This document shows positions 1-11,109 of a stretch of 64,000 nt of DNA, piece after piece. Both the position numbers and the translations under genes were made by a program. The stretch is from Candidatus Poribacteria bacterium (GTDB lineage Bacteria; Poribacteria; WGA-4E; WGA-3G). How positions within the stretch are numbered: position 1 is the first letter of the stretch; each line of letters starts with the position of its first letter. The stretch is from positions 2,720,001 through 2,784,000 of the forward strand of contig OZ244048.1 of assembly GCA_965215265.1 (NCBI GenBank), given 5' to 3'. The notes under the pieces are model-generated. The model searched no databases. It was not told where the DNA came from and was given only the letters and a program-made list of their open reading frames with translations.

Positions 1-1072
1 CAACAACTGCTTGCACTATCGCAATCGATGTCGCCTCATCGTTCACCAGCCGCAGGAACGGGTAAAGCACCCCTGCCTCCGGAAAATCAATGCGCGGCAG
101 CAACATGGTGATTAGGTGTGCACCCAGATACGCGAAAATCAACGTATCCGCCATCGTACCCATAATGTCGCGCCCCACATTCAAACCTGCACGAATCGAC
201 TGCCGCACCGTGATGTTCGGGTTCACCTGTTTCACCTCGTGGACACTTGACGAAATCGACATGCTCACATCCATCATCGCGCCTACAGCGCCCAAAATGA
301 TGCCCGCTGACAGGATACCCGCAAAATCCCAACCGTGCGACACAGGTGTCCGCCACAACGCAATCCCCAACTCTAAAAAGCCGAACTCTTGTGCCAAACC
401 CGTCAGCACCAGCACATGTTGACTCAACACCGACAGTACCCCTACTGCTGCCAAGCCACCAAGCGTCCCCAGTACTCCTGAAACTACCTTGAAACTGAAA
501 CCCGTGATTAGCACGAACGTCGTCAACGTTAAGACTACAGCAATCAATAGCGCAACCGCAATCGGATTGTAACCACTCAACGTCAGCGGAACCAGCAGAT
601 AAATCACTGCCAATGCTGTGAAAAACAACATCAGAATTGCCCGTACACCTTTCGTGCCTGCAACTAAAATCATTAAAATGCATAAACCCGCGGCAAGATA
701 GAGCAGAAACGGTGTCCGGAAATACTCGCGCATCCGAACACTCTCAAGCTGCGGATGCACCGGATCGCGGAGCGGAATATCCAGAAACAAGACATCGCCA
801 CGGTGTAATACCCTATCCCCGAAAGCACGGCCCGTCCAGATATTATTCACTACAACCGTTTCGCCACGGAACTGTCCTGAAAGCACACGGAATGTTAAAA
901 CCTGGTCCGCCTCATCGCTCGTATCTATGGATATAACACGCCCTAAACAGACCAGCACCTCTAACGCCCCATCGTGCGTAATCTCAGCAAAACGATACAG
1001 CTTAACATGCAGCACTGCAACGCTCACGAGAATCAGTAAGATACTTACCAGTTTAATGTTTCTTTCCCTCAT
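1..1072 (-). CDS. YibE/F family membrane protein (runs off the left edge, 3' end missing)
   Basis: Own translation from the ATG at 1072: MRERNIKLVSILLILV..., with many TM segments and the family motifs GIILGAVGAMMDVSMSISS and GLNVGRDIMGTMADTLIFAY. Absent from the ORF track because no stop lies in the window. Confidence 0.85.
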   Translation of the reverse strand, partial: MRERNIKLVSILLILVSVAVLHVKLYRFAEITHDGALEVLVCLGRVISIDTSDEADQVLTFRVLSGQFRGETVVVNNIWTGRAFGDRVLHRGDVLFLDIPLRDPVHPQLESVRMREYFRTPFLLYLAAGLCILMILVAGTKGVRAILMLFFTALAVIYLLVPLTLSGYNPIAVALLIAVVLTLTTFVLITGFSFKVVSGVLGTLGGLAAVGVLSVLSQHVLVLTGLAQEFGFLELGIALWRTPVSHGWDFAGILSAGIILGAVGAMMDVSMSISSSVHEVKQVNPNITVRQSIRAGLNVGRDIMGTMADTLIFAYLGAHLITMLLPRIDFPEAGVLYPFLRLVNDEATSIAIVQAVV

Positions 1073-1092
1073 GTCTTCTCTTTGTCCTTTCA

Positions 1093-1317
1093 CGTTTTTT
1101 TGTATATTTCAGCCCGATAACGCCTGATGTATTGTCAATGACTGTGAAAATCTCGTTTTTTTGTATATTTCAGCCCGATAACGCCTGATGTATTGTCAAT
1201 GACTGTGAAAATCTCGTTTTTTTGTATATTTCAGCTCGATAATGCATTATGTATTGTCAATGACTGTGAAAATCTCGTCGGAGCCTCTTGATGTATTGAC
1301 TCTAAATATAACCCTCC
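1093..1317. repeat. Three tandem 61-bp arms of the dispersed palindromic element, plus part of its centre
   Basis: CGTTTTTTTGTATATTTCAGCCCGATAACGCCTGATGTATTGTCAATGACTGTGAAAATCT x3 (third copy diverged), followed by CGTCGGAGCC. Confidence 0.95.
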
Positions 1318-1374
1318 TTCTCCAACTCAGACAATACAAGCTCCTCAATCTCACGCGGATGCCCACCTTGCTCT

Positions 1375-3294
1375 CTAAAGGTACCTCCGGAGACGCTCTG
1401 CAACGCGCCGGGGGATGCCCTTTACAGCGAGAAGCTCATCCAGACTCGCCTCACGAATTGCTTCAACTGAACCGAAATGGTAGAGCAACGCCTGTTTACG
1501 CTTCGGCCCCACGTTCGGAATTGCATCCAAAACCGATTCGCTGAGCGCATTCTGCCGGAGCTGCCGATGATACGTCACTGCGAACCGATGCGCTTCATCG
1601 CGTAAACGCTGGATAAGGTGCAACGTAGGGTTATCCTCACGTAGCACTATCGGTTCGCGTTTACCCGGAACAAAAATCTCTTCAATCCGTTTCGCTAGTG
1701 CAATCATAGGAATTTTGGATATCACATCTGCCTTTGTCTGTTCTTGCTTGCCGGCACGATTGACAACCTGTTCAAGTGCGCCTTGTGCTGCCCCCAACTG
1801 CCCTTTTCCACCGTCTATCAGAATTAAGTCTGGCAATCGGCTAAATTTCTCATCTCCGAGCACTGCCCGGCGAAATCGCCGCGTCACCACCTCGCTCATC
1901 ATTGCAAAATCGTTCTGTCCGACAACCGACCGGATCTTAAACCGACGATACTCCGAAGAAACAGGTTCACCATCCTCCAGCACGACCAGGGAACCGACGG
2001 CAAAACTATCCCCTAAATTCGAAATGTCAAACGCCTCAATCCGTCTCAGCGGATGAGGCAGACGCAACAACTCCTGTAACTCAACCAGTGCCGGATGAAC
2101 CCCACGGCTATAGACAACGTGCTGCTCACGCTCCGTCAGCAGGAGGTCCGCGTTCTTCATCGCCAGCGTCACTAAACGTCTAAGTCGCCCGGCTTTAGCA
2201 ACATGCAACGTTACACGGCTACCTCGCTTTGCTGTCAACCACCTCTCAAGTAACTCTACCGACTCAAGAATCGGTGTCGGCAATACAATCGTCTTCGGAA
2301 CGAAAACCGCATTCTGGTAATACTGCGAGATAAACGCCTTTAAGGCATCAGCTGCAAAATCCGGATTCGCATCGTTCAGATAATAATGCTCACGTTCTAA
2401 GAACTTGCCGTCTCGAACCCGTAATACCTGCACACACGCCACATCATTCTTCACTGCAACCCCGATAACATCTTCATCCACCGCCGTGACGCTATCCAAA
2501 CTGTGTGCTTTAAACGCATCCTGAATCTCCTTGAGCATATCCCGATATTTTGCCGCTGCCTCAAAATCAAGTCCTGACGCGGCCGCCGCCATCTGCTCCC
2601 TCAACTCTGCAACAACCGCATCTGTCTGACCGTCTAACACTTTACACAATTTTTGGACGATTCCACCGTAATCTTCAACATCTATCTTATCCGCACAAGG
2701 CCCCGGACACCGACCGATATGATAATCCAAACACATCCGGTGCCGGTTCCCTGACTTTTCAAGCGAGAGATGGCAAGTACGGATAGGAAATAACTTCGTC
2801 AACTGTTTCAAGATCTGCCGCGTCGAACGGACTCGAACGTACGGCCCAAAATACCGGCTCCCGTCACTCTCCGCTTTACGGGTAATCTGAATCCGCGGAA
2901 ACGGTTCGTTCACCGTTACACGCAAATACGGGTAACGCTTGTCATCTTTCAGCTTTACATTGTAGCGCGGCTGATGCGCCTTAATTAGGTTATTCTCCAG
3001 AATCAGTGCCTCCATTTCCGTCTCCGTCACGATGTAGTCCACTGCTGTCACATAACGCATCAACTGTGCTGTCATCGGAGACATCTCCGCTGACTCTTGA
3101 ACGTTCACCTTACGCGCCCCTTTGGAATTCCTTTGAACATTACGCCAATACGAACGTACACGTTCCCGCAAACGTGAGCTCTTACCGACATAAATAATTG
3201 CACCATCTGAGGCTTTCATCAGGTAAACCCCCGGTGCATTCGGCAGAGATTGCCACGGTTCTGGGCGGTTCTTTAAAGATTGTTCATGCCCCAT
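1375..3294 (-). CDS. uvrC: Excinuclease ABC subunit C
   Basis: GIY-YIG N-terminus (PGVYLMK..IIYVGKS), HQPRYNVKLKDDKRYPY, IEAFDIS, PDLILIDGGKGQL, RDEAHRFA and a C-terminal HhH. Confidence 0.97.
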   Translation of the reverse strand: MGHEQSLKNRPEPWQSLPNAPGVYLMKASDGAIIYVGKSSRLRERVRSYWRNVQRNSKGARKVNVQESAEMSPMTAQLMRYVTAVDYIVTETEMEALILENNLIKAHQPRYNVKLKDDKRYPYLRVTVNEPFPRIQITRKAESDGSRYFGPYVRVRSTRQILKQLTKLFPIRTCHLSLEKSGNRHRMCLDYHIGRCPGPCADKIDVEDYGGIVQKLCKVLDGQTDAVVAELREQMAAAASGLDFEAAAKYRDMLKEIQDAFKAHSLDSVTAVDEDVIGVAVKNDVACVQVLRVRDGKFLEREHYYLNDANPDFAADALKAFISQYYQNAVFVPKTIVLPTPILESVELLERWLTAKRGSRVTLHVAKAGRLRRLVTLAMKNADLLLTEREQHVVYSRGVHPALVELQELLRLPHPLRRIEAFDISNLGDSFAVGSLVVLEDGEPVSSEYRRFKIRSVVGQNDFAMMSEVVTRRFRRAVLGDEKFSRLPDLILIDGGKGQLGAAQGALEQVVNRAGKQEQTKADVISKIPMIALAKRIEEIFVPGKREPIVLREDNPTLHLIQRLRDEAHRFAVTYHRQLRQNALSESVLDAIPNVGPKRKQALLYHFGSVEAIREASLDELLAVKGIPRRVAERLRRYL

Positions 3295-3297
3295 CGC

Positions 3298-3999
3298 TCA
3301 ACTCCCCTTCTCATATACTGCCCGATAAATCTCTCTACCCTCTGCAACGTACTTCATCTCAAAATTCGTCGGAATGTGTTCATCGTCACACAAATTCTGT
3401 TCAACACGTCGAAGCGGCGTGAACCCCCGAACTCGCTCTTGAATCTCCAAAAAATACTCTGCATAGTCTGTCACCACATACAGTCGACCGCCGTCTGCCG
3501 TTAACGTGCAGGTTACGCCTGACAGAAACTCCGGATTCCGAAAAATACGGCGTTTACGCTGCCGTTTCTTCGGCCACGGATCGGGGAAATAGATATGATA
3601 CGCCTGAACAGATTCTGCAGCAACATAACGATTCAAAAAGTAATTTGCATCCGTCCAGACCAGCCTGACGTTATCGAACATCCCATTTTGCTTCTCTACA
3701 GCAAAATGCCGCATGTACTTCTCAAACCGTTCACGTGTAATCTCGACGTACTTTTGCGCCCGCTCCACCCCAACGTAGTTAATATCCGGTCGTCGTTTTG
3801 AAGCCTCAAGCAAAAACCGTCCCTTTCCGCTCCCGACCTCGATTTCCACCGGATTCGCATTCCCAAAAATCGCCGCCCAGTCAATCGGCGTACTCACCTC
3901 GCTGAGACTCACAGCCGTCTCTCCAACAATATCTATCAACTGCGAGTGTCGCGTTGTCGATTCATAATAGATGGCATTATAGCGAGGTTCTTCATTCAT
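3298..3999 (-). CDS. trmB: tRNA (guanine-N7)-methyltransferase
   Basis: VEIEVGSGKGRFL, IYFPDPWPKKR, TDYAEY and TNFEMKY motifs. Confidence 0.93.
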   Translation of the reverse strand: MNEEPRYNAIYYESTTRHSQLIDIVGETAVSLSEVSTPIDWAAIFGNANPVEIEVGSGKGRFLLEASKRRPDINYVGVERAQKYVEITRERFEKYMRHFAVEKQNGMFDNVRLVWTDANYFLNRYVAAESVQAYHIYFPDPWPKKRQRKRRIFRNPEFLSGVTCTLTADGGRLYVVTDYAEYFLEIQERVRGFTPLRRVEQNLCDDEHIPTNFEMKYVAEGREIYRAVYEKGS

Positions 4000-4000
4000 A

Positions 4001-4175
4001 TTTTTATATATCTCCGTACCATCACCGTTTATTTATTCTTTTGATGGTTCGTGTGTAAATCTCGTCGGAGGTTAACTAGGTAATGTCTTTAAAATCTAAA
4101 CATAAACGGCTCAGATGAGATTTTCACAGGTTTTAACATTGCAGCAGCCTTTATTGGGCTGAAATATACGAAAAA
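4001..4175. mobile_element. Full-length (~175 bp) palindromic MITE-like element
   Basis: Outer inverted ends TTTTTATATATCTCCG / CTGAAATATACGAAAAA; inner inverted repeats AAATCTCGTCGGAG / CTCAGATGAGATTT; fills the glnD-trmB gap. Confidence 0.75.
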
Positions 4176-4188
4176 TCTTCCTCCTATA

Positions 4189-6915
4189 CTATGTACCCTC
4201 AGCATCCAATGCTGCTAATATTTTCTCACGCACCGATTGCGTATCCGGAACTGGCTTAACATAGAACCGGTCCACCGCCTGCCCATCTAAGGCTGAACAC
4301 TTACACATCTCAACATTCAAACCCAGCTTCGCGAGGATGCCACTGAAATAGTACAGAAACCCGACCTTTTCCTCACCTCTCACAACAATCTCCGTATAGT
4401 TTCGCGTCGATTCAACCCGTACATCGTCAAAATGCCAGCTCCCACTCGTGCTAACGTAGTGCTTTTCAAAAATTTCATCCAATGTTGTCTCCTGCGCCAT
4501 CAAGCCTCGAATGTCAAAATCAAGTGAACGTTTCAGCTCTTCATCCAGCGGCATCGGTTCCCGTTGATGCGGCGGCTGATGAACCAGCCGGTAAATTTCG
4601 ATCTCTACATTTGTATCCCGTTTCGTGTAGACCTGCGCATCCCGCACATCTATGTTATTCGCAAAAAAGAGACCGCTCACCGTGTGGAGCTTACCTAGAC
4701 GACTGGCACTACACAAGTGCAATTCCGTGAAACCCGGCTTATCCGTAAATTGGATAATCGCAGCACTCGCACTTTGTGCATCACTCGTGCCTATGTTGTT
4801 TTCCGCTTGCGTAACCATCCTAATGTGCATCGCTATTTCCGCATGTGTCACGCCGATACGGTAAGAGACGGGCATCTGCTGCAGGAATGCCTGAAATTCC
4901 TCCGGTGGCGAATACACGCCCCACTGGGACTCATCTTGACCGACAAAACGACTCCGGATTACTTCATACAATCTTTTAAGGTTATGCTTAACGAGATTAC
5001 TAAAGTTGTGTGGACCGTTCGCTTTAGAATCACAATAGGTCAGCAGATAGAGCGCTGTTAAACGTTCCAACGAATTTACCTTATCACAAAATGCCGAAAT
5101 CATCCGTTCATCCCACTGATGATAACGCGCTAACACAATCATTGTCAAATGCTCACGGATCAGAAAACAGATCTCCTCTGTTTGCTGCGCCGTAAAACCG
5201 AACGCAGGCGAAATACGACGCGCTTTCTCCGCACCCGTCTCCGGATGCCGAGAATCCGGTTTATCAATATCGTGCAGGAACAGGGCCATGTATAGAAGAC
5301 TCGCATCCGATAACGAACGGAAAGCACCGTTCAACTCCTCCAATTCTGAGGCCGGAGAAGACGACAGCACCGAACCCATACGCGCAACACCGAACGGACT
5401 GCTTGACTCCGTTTGGCGAATTTCATCCAAATATCCAATCGCAACCAATGTATGCTTACCCACAGTATAAGGGTCTAAACTCCGTTCACTCCGTGTCATC
5501 ATCGCCTTTTCAAAACGCTTACCACCTTCTCCGAGGCGAGCCAGAATCCCTAAACGGTGTAGACGGGTTAGACTCTTCTCAACGTCACCCGGCAAGTTCA
5601 TCAACTCCGCCATGCGTCCTTGAAAACTTTTTAAGTCGAACGCCGAAGCATAAGCAAAAATAAAACTCGCAAGAGAAGCATCAATTTCAAAATCATACTG
5701 TTGGAAATACGAAAATAACTCAAACAGTTCATCTACATCAAACTCTCCGAAGTTATTATCAATGCAGTATAACAAATCGCGACGCACACCCAGTACATCC
5801 GAAAACGGTATACCGTTCGCCAGGAGCCGACGAATCAACAACTCCGCTTTCAAGTGCAAATACTTCGCCTGCGTGTAATACGCCTCCATAAATTCATACC
5901 GGCCGGCCTCCGACGGCTCACCATCGGCCGCCACCATCGGATATCCCAGTGCCTCCGCTATTTGTGATTGAAGCTGATCTCCTGCTTCCGGATGGTAAGA
6001 TAGAACATCGTGCGATGCATTCGCCAAAACATGCAGAAGATTCCGAACCTGCAAAACATAATCAAGAGCCGCCGTCAAATCCTCATCACCCAAACGCCCA
6101 TACAACTCAGAAATCGACCTAAACTCTGAAAGTCCATACATCCAAAACGCATACTGGATAGTTCGCAAACCACCACGCCCAATTTTTACATCCGGTTGAT
6201 TCAGGTAGATGGTCTCCTCCGATTCCTTGAAAGTCGCCTCCTTCGATTTCAGTAAGTCCAAAACCAGACCTACATCGCATTTCTCTTCCTGAACCGCTTT
6301 TTTAAAACAGGGCAGAAGCGCAGTATCACCCACAATAAAACGCATATCAATCAACGCCGTGATGTCCTGATAATTCCACTTACTCATTTCACCTATCGGC
6401 CGGTAAATAAAACTAAACTCAAACCCCGGTATTACCGTATGCAGACTATCGAAAAAATCGTAAAACCAACGAATCAATTCAAGTGTCCGCTCATCGTAAA
6501 CCTCCTCAAGGTCTACCGTAGACGTGTACACAACGTCTACATCTGAATAGTAACACAACTCACGCCGCCCGTAACTCCCAACCGCATACAACGCAATATC
6601 CGGAACCCATGAATCCTCCGTAGATACGCCCGGCTTCTCTACAGCCATACCATCCTCAGCCTGCAACTTCGATATCCATTCAAGTTGCTGCGCATATTCT
6701 GACTGAATCTGATAACTCGCAACTTGATAAACCTTCCGGATAGCCGCATCCCAGATCTCCGTATGCCAAGAACACGCAGAAAAACCACCCTCACCATCCA
6801 ATACGCATGTTCTGAGACGAGTGCGCTCCGCTTGGATGAATGCTGATAACTGTTTTTGTAGCACGCTAAAAGAAATATTCAAATTCGGAACGTATGATTC
6901 AACACAATTTTCCAT
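4189..6915 (-). CDS. glnD: Bifunctional PII uridylyltransferase/uridylyl-removing enzyme
   Basis: NTase motif AVGSYGRRELCYYSDVD, PDVKIGRGGLR, YTVGKHT, HD motif LHDIDK and C-terminal ACT domains. Confidence 0.88.
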   Translation of the reverse strand: MENCVESYVPNLNISFSVLQKQLSAFIQAERTRLRTCVLDGEGGFSACSWHTEIWDAAIRKVYQVASYQIQSEYAQQLEWISKLQAEDGMAVEKPGVSTEDSWVPDIALYAVGSYGRRELCYYSDVDVVYTSTVDLEEVYDERTLELIRWFYDFFDSLHTVIPGFEFSFIYRPIGEMSKWNYQDITALIDMRFIVGDTALLPCFKKAVQEEKCDVGLVLDLLKSKEATFKESEETIYLNQPDVKIGRGGLRTIQYAFWMYGLSEFRSISELYGRLGDEDLTAALDYVLQVRNLLHVLANASHDVLSYHPEAGDQLQSQIAEALGYPMVAADGEPSEAGRYEFMEAYYTQAKYLHLKAELLIRRLLANGIPFSDVLGVRRDLLYCIDNNFGEFDVDELFELFSYFQQYDFEIDASLASFIFAYASAFDLKSFQGRMAELMNLPGDVEKSLTRLHRLGILARLGEGGKRFEKAMMTRSERSLDPYTVGKHTLVAIGYLDEIRQTESSSPFGVARMGSVLSSSPASELEELNGAFRSLSDASLLYMALFLHDIDKPDSRHPETGAEKARRISPAFGFTAQQTEEICFLIREHLTMIVLARYHQWDERMISAFCDKVNSLERLTALYLLTYCDSKANGPHNFSNLVKHNLKRLYEVIRSRFVGQDESQWGVYSPPEEFQAFLQQMPVSYRIGVTHAEIAMHIRMVTQAENNIGTSDAQSASAAIIQFTDKPGFTELHLCSASRLGKLHTVSGLFFANNIDVRDAQVYTKRDTNVEIEIYRLVHQPPHQREPMPLDEELKRSLDFDIRGLMAQETTLDEIFEKHYVSTSGSWHFDDVRVESTRNYTEIVVRGEEKVGFLYYFSGILAKLGLNVEMCKCSALDGQAVDRFYVKPVPDTQSVREKILAALDAEGT

Positions 6916-7249
6916 GTTTTTTCGGTAAAAGCCTCCTGATTGAGAAAAGACTCACCACTGAATTCACTACCCCTCCTTCTTCATATTATATCAGAGCCAG
7001 CCCTCAAAAAGCAACACTTTTTATCAAGCCCACCCTTACAGATCCGGTTAATCCACAATATAGAAATGTATACCTAAACACCGTAAAGGCGAGCGCCTGA
7101 GTGCGATGTCACGCTTTGCGCGGAATGCCACCTAAGGGACTCCCACCCGGAGAAGCCCATAAACGGCTTCATACCCGCTCAATCCTATCAAACACTCATA
7201 GCGTTGAGGCGAATTTGATTCGGTACACCACGTCTATATGTCGGCACCT

Positions 7250-7279
7250 TTGACAATTTTAAGCCCTCTATGTTATAAT
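7250..7279 (+). promoter_or_regulatory. Sigma70-type promoter of the sulfatase cluster
   Basis: TTGACA-18 bp-TATAAT with an extended TG. Confidence 0.7.
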
Positions 7280-7334
7280 CCTAGCAAAATATCGCTCCCA
7301 GAAGACACCTAAAAACATACACGGCAGCAATATC

Positions 7335-8153
7335 ATGAATCATAACAGCCCACATCACTGGTCATTTGACTACAATTACGGTGCGCAAAACCCTCAATTT
7401 TCAGAAGAATTAATTGAAACCCTCTGCGCATGTTACACCAGCACAATAGACACTGCGGATGTACACACTATCACGCATGTCTACAATATCCTACCAAACT
7501 ATTGGCGCGGCTATGCCGGAGGAGACACCCAGCAAAAACTCAGTATCGGCACTGCCACCGTCGAACGGACCAGGCGCGACGATAGCCTATGGCACTACGC
7601 CATCCAATACCAAAATACCACAAGCGGCGAAAATTTAAAAATCCAATTCCGTTGTCGTGATGAAGAATACCGCCCCCTCGACGGCAGCTGGCATATTGAA
7701 GCTCACAATAGTGCGAGCGATGAATATTCACGATTAACCTGCCACGGTGCTGTTTGTTCACCGCAGCTCACAAACCCACACCGGCCATCAAAAGCAGATA
7801 CAGAAATACGCCTCTCCATCAATCGCACTCAAATCGTCGCCGGAACAGTTGACAGGCCTCTCAAACTCACCTGCAATTGGGCACTTTTCGATATTATCCC
7901 CGAATTGGCACACACAATCCAAGAGGCAGACGTAGAACTCGCCCTGCTTGAAGACTTGGAGCAACTCAGGAAAAACAGCACACTCGGTTTCCTTGAATCA
8001 ATACAGACACCTTGTCCGCTTGACGGTTACTACCTCTACGGTACCGGACTTTTGCCTTCCTATTGGTGGCTCGATGCACACGGGAACATCGCAATTTTCT
8101 CAAGCACTTTCGAGACGTGGGTACTCAAACACAAAAGTGGAGGAACGCCATGA
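7335..8153 (+). CDS. Hypothetical protein
   Basis: 272-aa ORF downstream of a consensus promoter; its stop overlaps the sulfatase start (ATGA). Confidence 0.7.
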   Translation: MNHNSPHHWSFDYNYGAQNPQFSEELIETLCACYTSTIDTADVHTITHVYNILPNYWRGYAGGDTQQKLSIGTATVERTRRDDSLWHYAIQYQNTTSGENLKIQFRCRDEEYRPLDGSWHIEAHNSASDEYSRLTCHGAVCSPQLTNPHRPSKADTEIRLSINRTQIVAGTVDRPLKLTCNWALFDIIPELAHTIQEADVELALLEDLEQLRKNSTLGFLESIQTPCPLDGYYLYGTGLLPSYWWLDAHGNIAIFSSTFETWVLKHKSGGTP

Positions 8154-9574
8154 ACAAACGTCCTAATATCCTTTTTATCAATACCGACCAGCACTCCTGG
8201 GATGCCCTCTCTGCCTACGGAAATCCGTATCTTTGCACCCCTCATATTGATGAACTGCACAGAAATGGAACTTCCTTTCGCCGCTCATTCTGTACAGATC
8301 CAGTCTGTGCTGCTGCACGCTCCAGTTGGGCAACCGGGTTATATACCTCTGAAACTGGTGTCCCCTTCAACGCCGGGCATCTGCACCCAGAAATCCCTGA
8401 CCTCGGGCAAGTGCTTAATGCAGCCGGCTATAAAACCTTTCACTGTGGAAAGTGGCATGTACCAGGCAGAAACGTCCGGCAAAGCTTCCGCACACTCTAT
8501 TACGGAAAACGACACATCGGCGCAGGCGGTGCCGCATATTACGATGCAGCATCCACACACGCCGTCGCTGATTTTTTAACTAACTACGACACCGACGAAC
8601 CGTTTTACCTCCAAATCGGTTACGTCAACCCACACGACGTATGCGAATATCTGCACAACCACGAAGAAAAACACATCCCAAATCCTGTCCAACAAGGCAT
8701 GATTTCCGAGGAACTCTTGCCACCGCTCCCTCAAAACTTCCACTACGACGAACGCGAAACCGTACTACATCGCGTCTGTCGGCGAATTGATGACGCGCTT
8801 ATCCACGCTCCAATCCTAACAGCCGTTCGCACCTGGCACGAACTTCACTGGCGTTACCTACGATGGAACTATTACAGATTCATCGAAAAAGTTGATGCTG
8901 AAATTGGCAGAGTCCTCGCCCTACTACGCGAGACATCGCTGCACCGCAATACCCTCATCATCTTCAGTGCTGACCACGGTGAAGCTGGCGGCAGCCATCA
9001 AATGTTCCAGAAGTTCACGCTTTACGAAGAGAGCATACGAGTCCCATTCATCGTGGCTTGTTTAGGAGACGAAATGCAAATACCGAAAAATCGGTTCGAC
9101 GATACGCATTTCGTCTCCGGCGTTGACTTATTCCCGACTGTCTGTGATTACGCACGGATTGACATCCCCGATGCACTACAAGGAACTAGTCTTCGGCCAC
9201 TTTTAGAAGCAACGCAGAATCCCTGGCGCGATTATGCCTACATAGAGAGCAATTATTGGGGACGTGCAATTGTCACGGACAATTATAAATACATTACTGA
9301 ATACAAACCGAAACCGCTCGAGGATTTCGTACCACCCGGACCCGACGCACAGAATCTTGGGCTCGCGCAGCTCTTCAACCGGCACGATGATCCCGGAGAA
9401 ACCAAAAACCTCGCACAGGACATAAACTACAGCCACAGCCTTAAAACATGCCGAGATAAACTGCTTGCTGCTGAGGAGAAACTCCATCGACAACAAATTG
9501 TACATCCAAATCCGAGACGCGTCATCTCGAATTGGGGAGACCGGTTACGCACATATTGGCAACATAGCAGATAA
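8150..9574 (+). CDS. Sulfatase (S1 family)
   Basis: RPNILFINTDQH, formylglycine motif CAAAR, GKWH, SADHGE; start moved to the ATG at 8150, which follows GGAGG. Confidence 0.92.
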   Translation: MNKRPNILFINTDQHSWDALSAYGNPYLCTPHIDELHRNGTSFRRSFCTDPVCAAARSSWATGLYTSETGVPFNAGHLHPEIPDLGQVLNAAGYKTFHCGKWHVPGRNVRQSFRTLYYGKRHIGAGGAAYYDAASTHAVADFLTNYDTDEPFYLQIGYVNPHDVCEYLHNHEEKHIPNPVQQGMISEELLPPLPQNFHYDERETVLHRVCRRIDDALIHAPILTAVRTWHELHWRYLRWNYYRFIEKVDAEIGRVLALLRETSLHRNTLIIFSADHGEAGGSHQMFQKFTLYEESIRVPFIVACLGDEMQIPKNRFDDTHFVSGVDLFPTVCDYARIDIPDALQGTSLRPLLEATQNPWRDYAYIESNYWGRAIVTDNYKYITEYKPKPLEDFVPPGPDAQNLGLAQLFNRHDDPGETKNLAQDINYSHSLKTCRDKLLAAEEKLHRQQIVHPNPRRVISNWGDRLRTYWQHSR

Positions 9575-9599
9575 GGATTCGGGTGGGCGGGAGAGACCT

Positions 9600-10005
9600 C
9601 TATACGATTGCCAATTTTCAAGGGGACTTGATCTCGATAACCACATTGCCGTGCGATAAGTTCTCCGGTATCACGACAAAATGTCTTCCAGATTTAGCCT
9701 CTGTTTGGCTGTTTCTCAGCTAACGCCACATCTCATCCAGTTCAAGCACAACCGCATCTGTATCAGGTTCAGGCCGTTCTGCGTCTGCGGTACTGAAGTG
9801 GCGTATCCATCGCATGATGGTGCTAGGAGCAACATCAAAGATTCTCGAGATGGCACTCATGGAAAGTCGATGGCAGTAAAGAAACATAGCTAATGTGTGT
9901 TCGGCAAGCGCTCTGCCGTGCAAGTTTCTTTCTGTCCATTGATAGTTGCAACGTTTGCACTTATAACCTTGCTTTTAGTTGACGAATCCATTTTTTGCTT
10001 GACCT
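9600..10005 (-). pseudogene. IS1-family transposase remnant
   Basis: Zn-ribbon YKCKRC, HTH (SMSAISRIFDVAPSTIMRWIR), VLELDEMW, then frameshifted IWKTFCRDTGELI; several stops. Confidence 0.8.
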
Positions 10006-10047
10006 ATTTGTCAAACGTGCATAAAATTCTGAAGAGTGGAGGCAAAA

Positions 10048-11109
10048 ATGAACAAATATCGTGTAGCCATCATCGGGTGCGGACGCATGGGACAAAACTA
10101 TGCACAAGCATACACTACCTATCCCGACACCCAAATCGTCGCAATTGCAGACATCAACGCAGAAAGACGACAGATACTCGGAACACGTTTCAACGTCGCT
10201 GCCCTCTATCCAGACGCGGAAACCCTACTCCGCGAGGTCGTACCGGATATCGCAGCTATTGTCACACCGACTAAGTACATGAGAGATGCTGTCATCGCTT
10301 GTGCCGAAGCAGGTGTAAAGGGTATCTCCACTGAAAAACCGATTGCAGGCATCCTACAAGATGCCGACGCAATGGTTGATACGTGCGCCGAACGCAATGT
10401 CGTCTTCGCAGGCGGCAACCTACAACGGGCCATGAACGAGGTCCAAGAAGCCGCCAAACGCATACACAGCGCTGATGTCGGAAAACTCAAAGGCGCTGCC
10501 GTACACGGATTCGGAGGCGAAATCTCCGGCGGCGGATGCCAACACATCTCTATCCTGCGACTCTTCACCAATGCTGAAATCACTGAAGTTACCGCCTGGG
10601 GCACCCCACATGAAGCCTTAAACACCGAAACCGACGATGGAATCATTGTTCACGGGCACTTCCAGCTCTCCAACGGAATCCACTGCAACGTCTTCGGCAC
10701 TCCTACTCCCTACCGCGGCGTAGATGTCTGGAACGACGAATATCTCCTCCGATGGGATTGGAAACCGCCTGAGATTTTCAAGGGCACCGATGAAAAGGGG
10801 CATCGCAAACGTCTCCGTATTAAATACACAACTTATCCATGGAGCCAATTCGGATACCTCACCGGTTCCATCCGCTCTTTCTTAGCCGCCGTCGCAGGCG
10901 AGGGACAACCCTGGATTACCGGCAAAGACCTGCGACAAGCGTTGGAGGTCGCAATTGCCACCAAACTGTCCGCACAACGCAACAGCACCACCATTAAACT
11001 CCCCTTGGTAGATAGAACCGCAGCGCTCTACCCCCGGCCATATCGATGGCTCGGCGGAGACCTAACAGGAAATCCGCAAACCGTCAATGAAGCAATAGTC
11101 TCACAATGA
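10048..11109 (+). CDS. Gfo/Idh/MocA family oxidoreductase
   Basis: VAIIGCGRMG and EKP motif; SD GGAGG before the ATG at 10048. Confidence 0.9.
   Translation: MNKYRVAIIGCGRMGQNYAQAYTTYPDTQIVAIADINAERRQILGTRFNVAALYPDAETLLREVVPDIAAIVTPTKYMRDAVIACAEAGVKGISTEKPIAGILQDADAMVDTCAERNVVFAGGNLQRAMNEVQEAAKRIHSADVGKLKGAAVHGFGGEISGGGCQHISILRLFTNAEITEVTAWGTPHEALNTETDDGIIVHGHFQLSNGIHCNVFGTPTPYRGVDVWNDEYLLRWDWKPPEIFKGTDEKGHRKRLRIKYTTYPWSQFGYLTGSIRSFLAAVAGEGQPWITGKDLRQALEVAIATKLSAQRNSTTIKLPLVDRTAALYPRPYRWLGGDLTGNPQTVNEAIVSQ

Noticed and set aside
87-936. Track ORFs at the left edge
   Set aside because: They overlap the real YibE/F gene, which lies in a different minus-strand frame.
1093-1285. CRISPR array
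   Set aside because: The units are near-identical along their whole length with no unique spacers, there are no cas genes, and the same motif is dispersed as a palindromic element.
7081-7210. Structured RNA between glnD and the sulfatase cluster
   Set aside because: Only two short hairpins and no recognisable motif; insufficient evidence.
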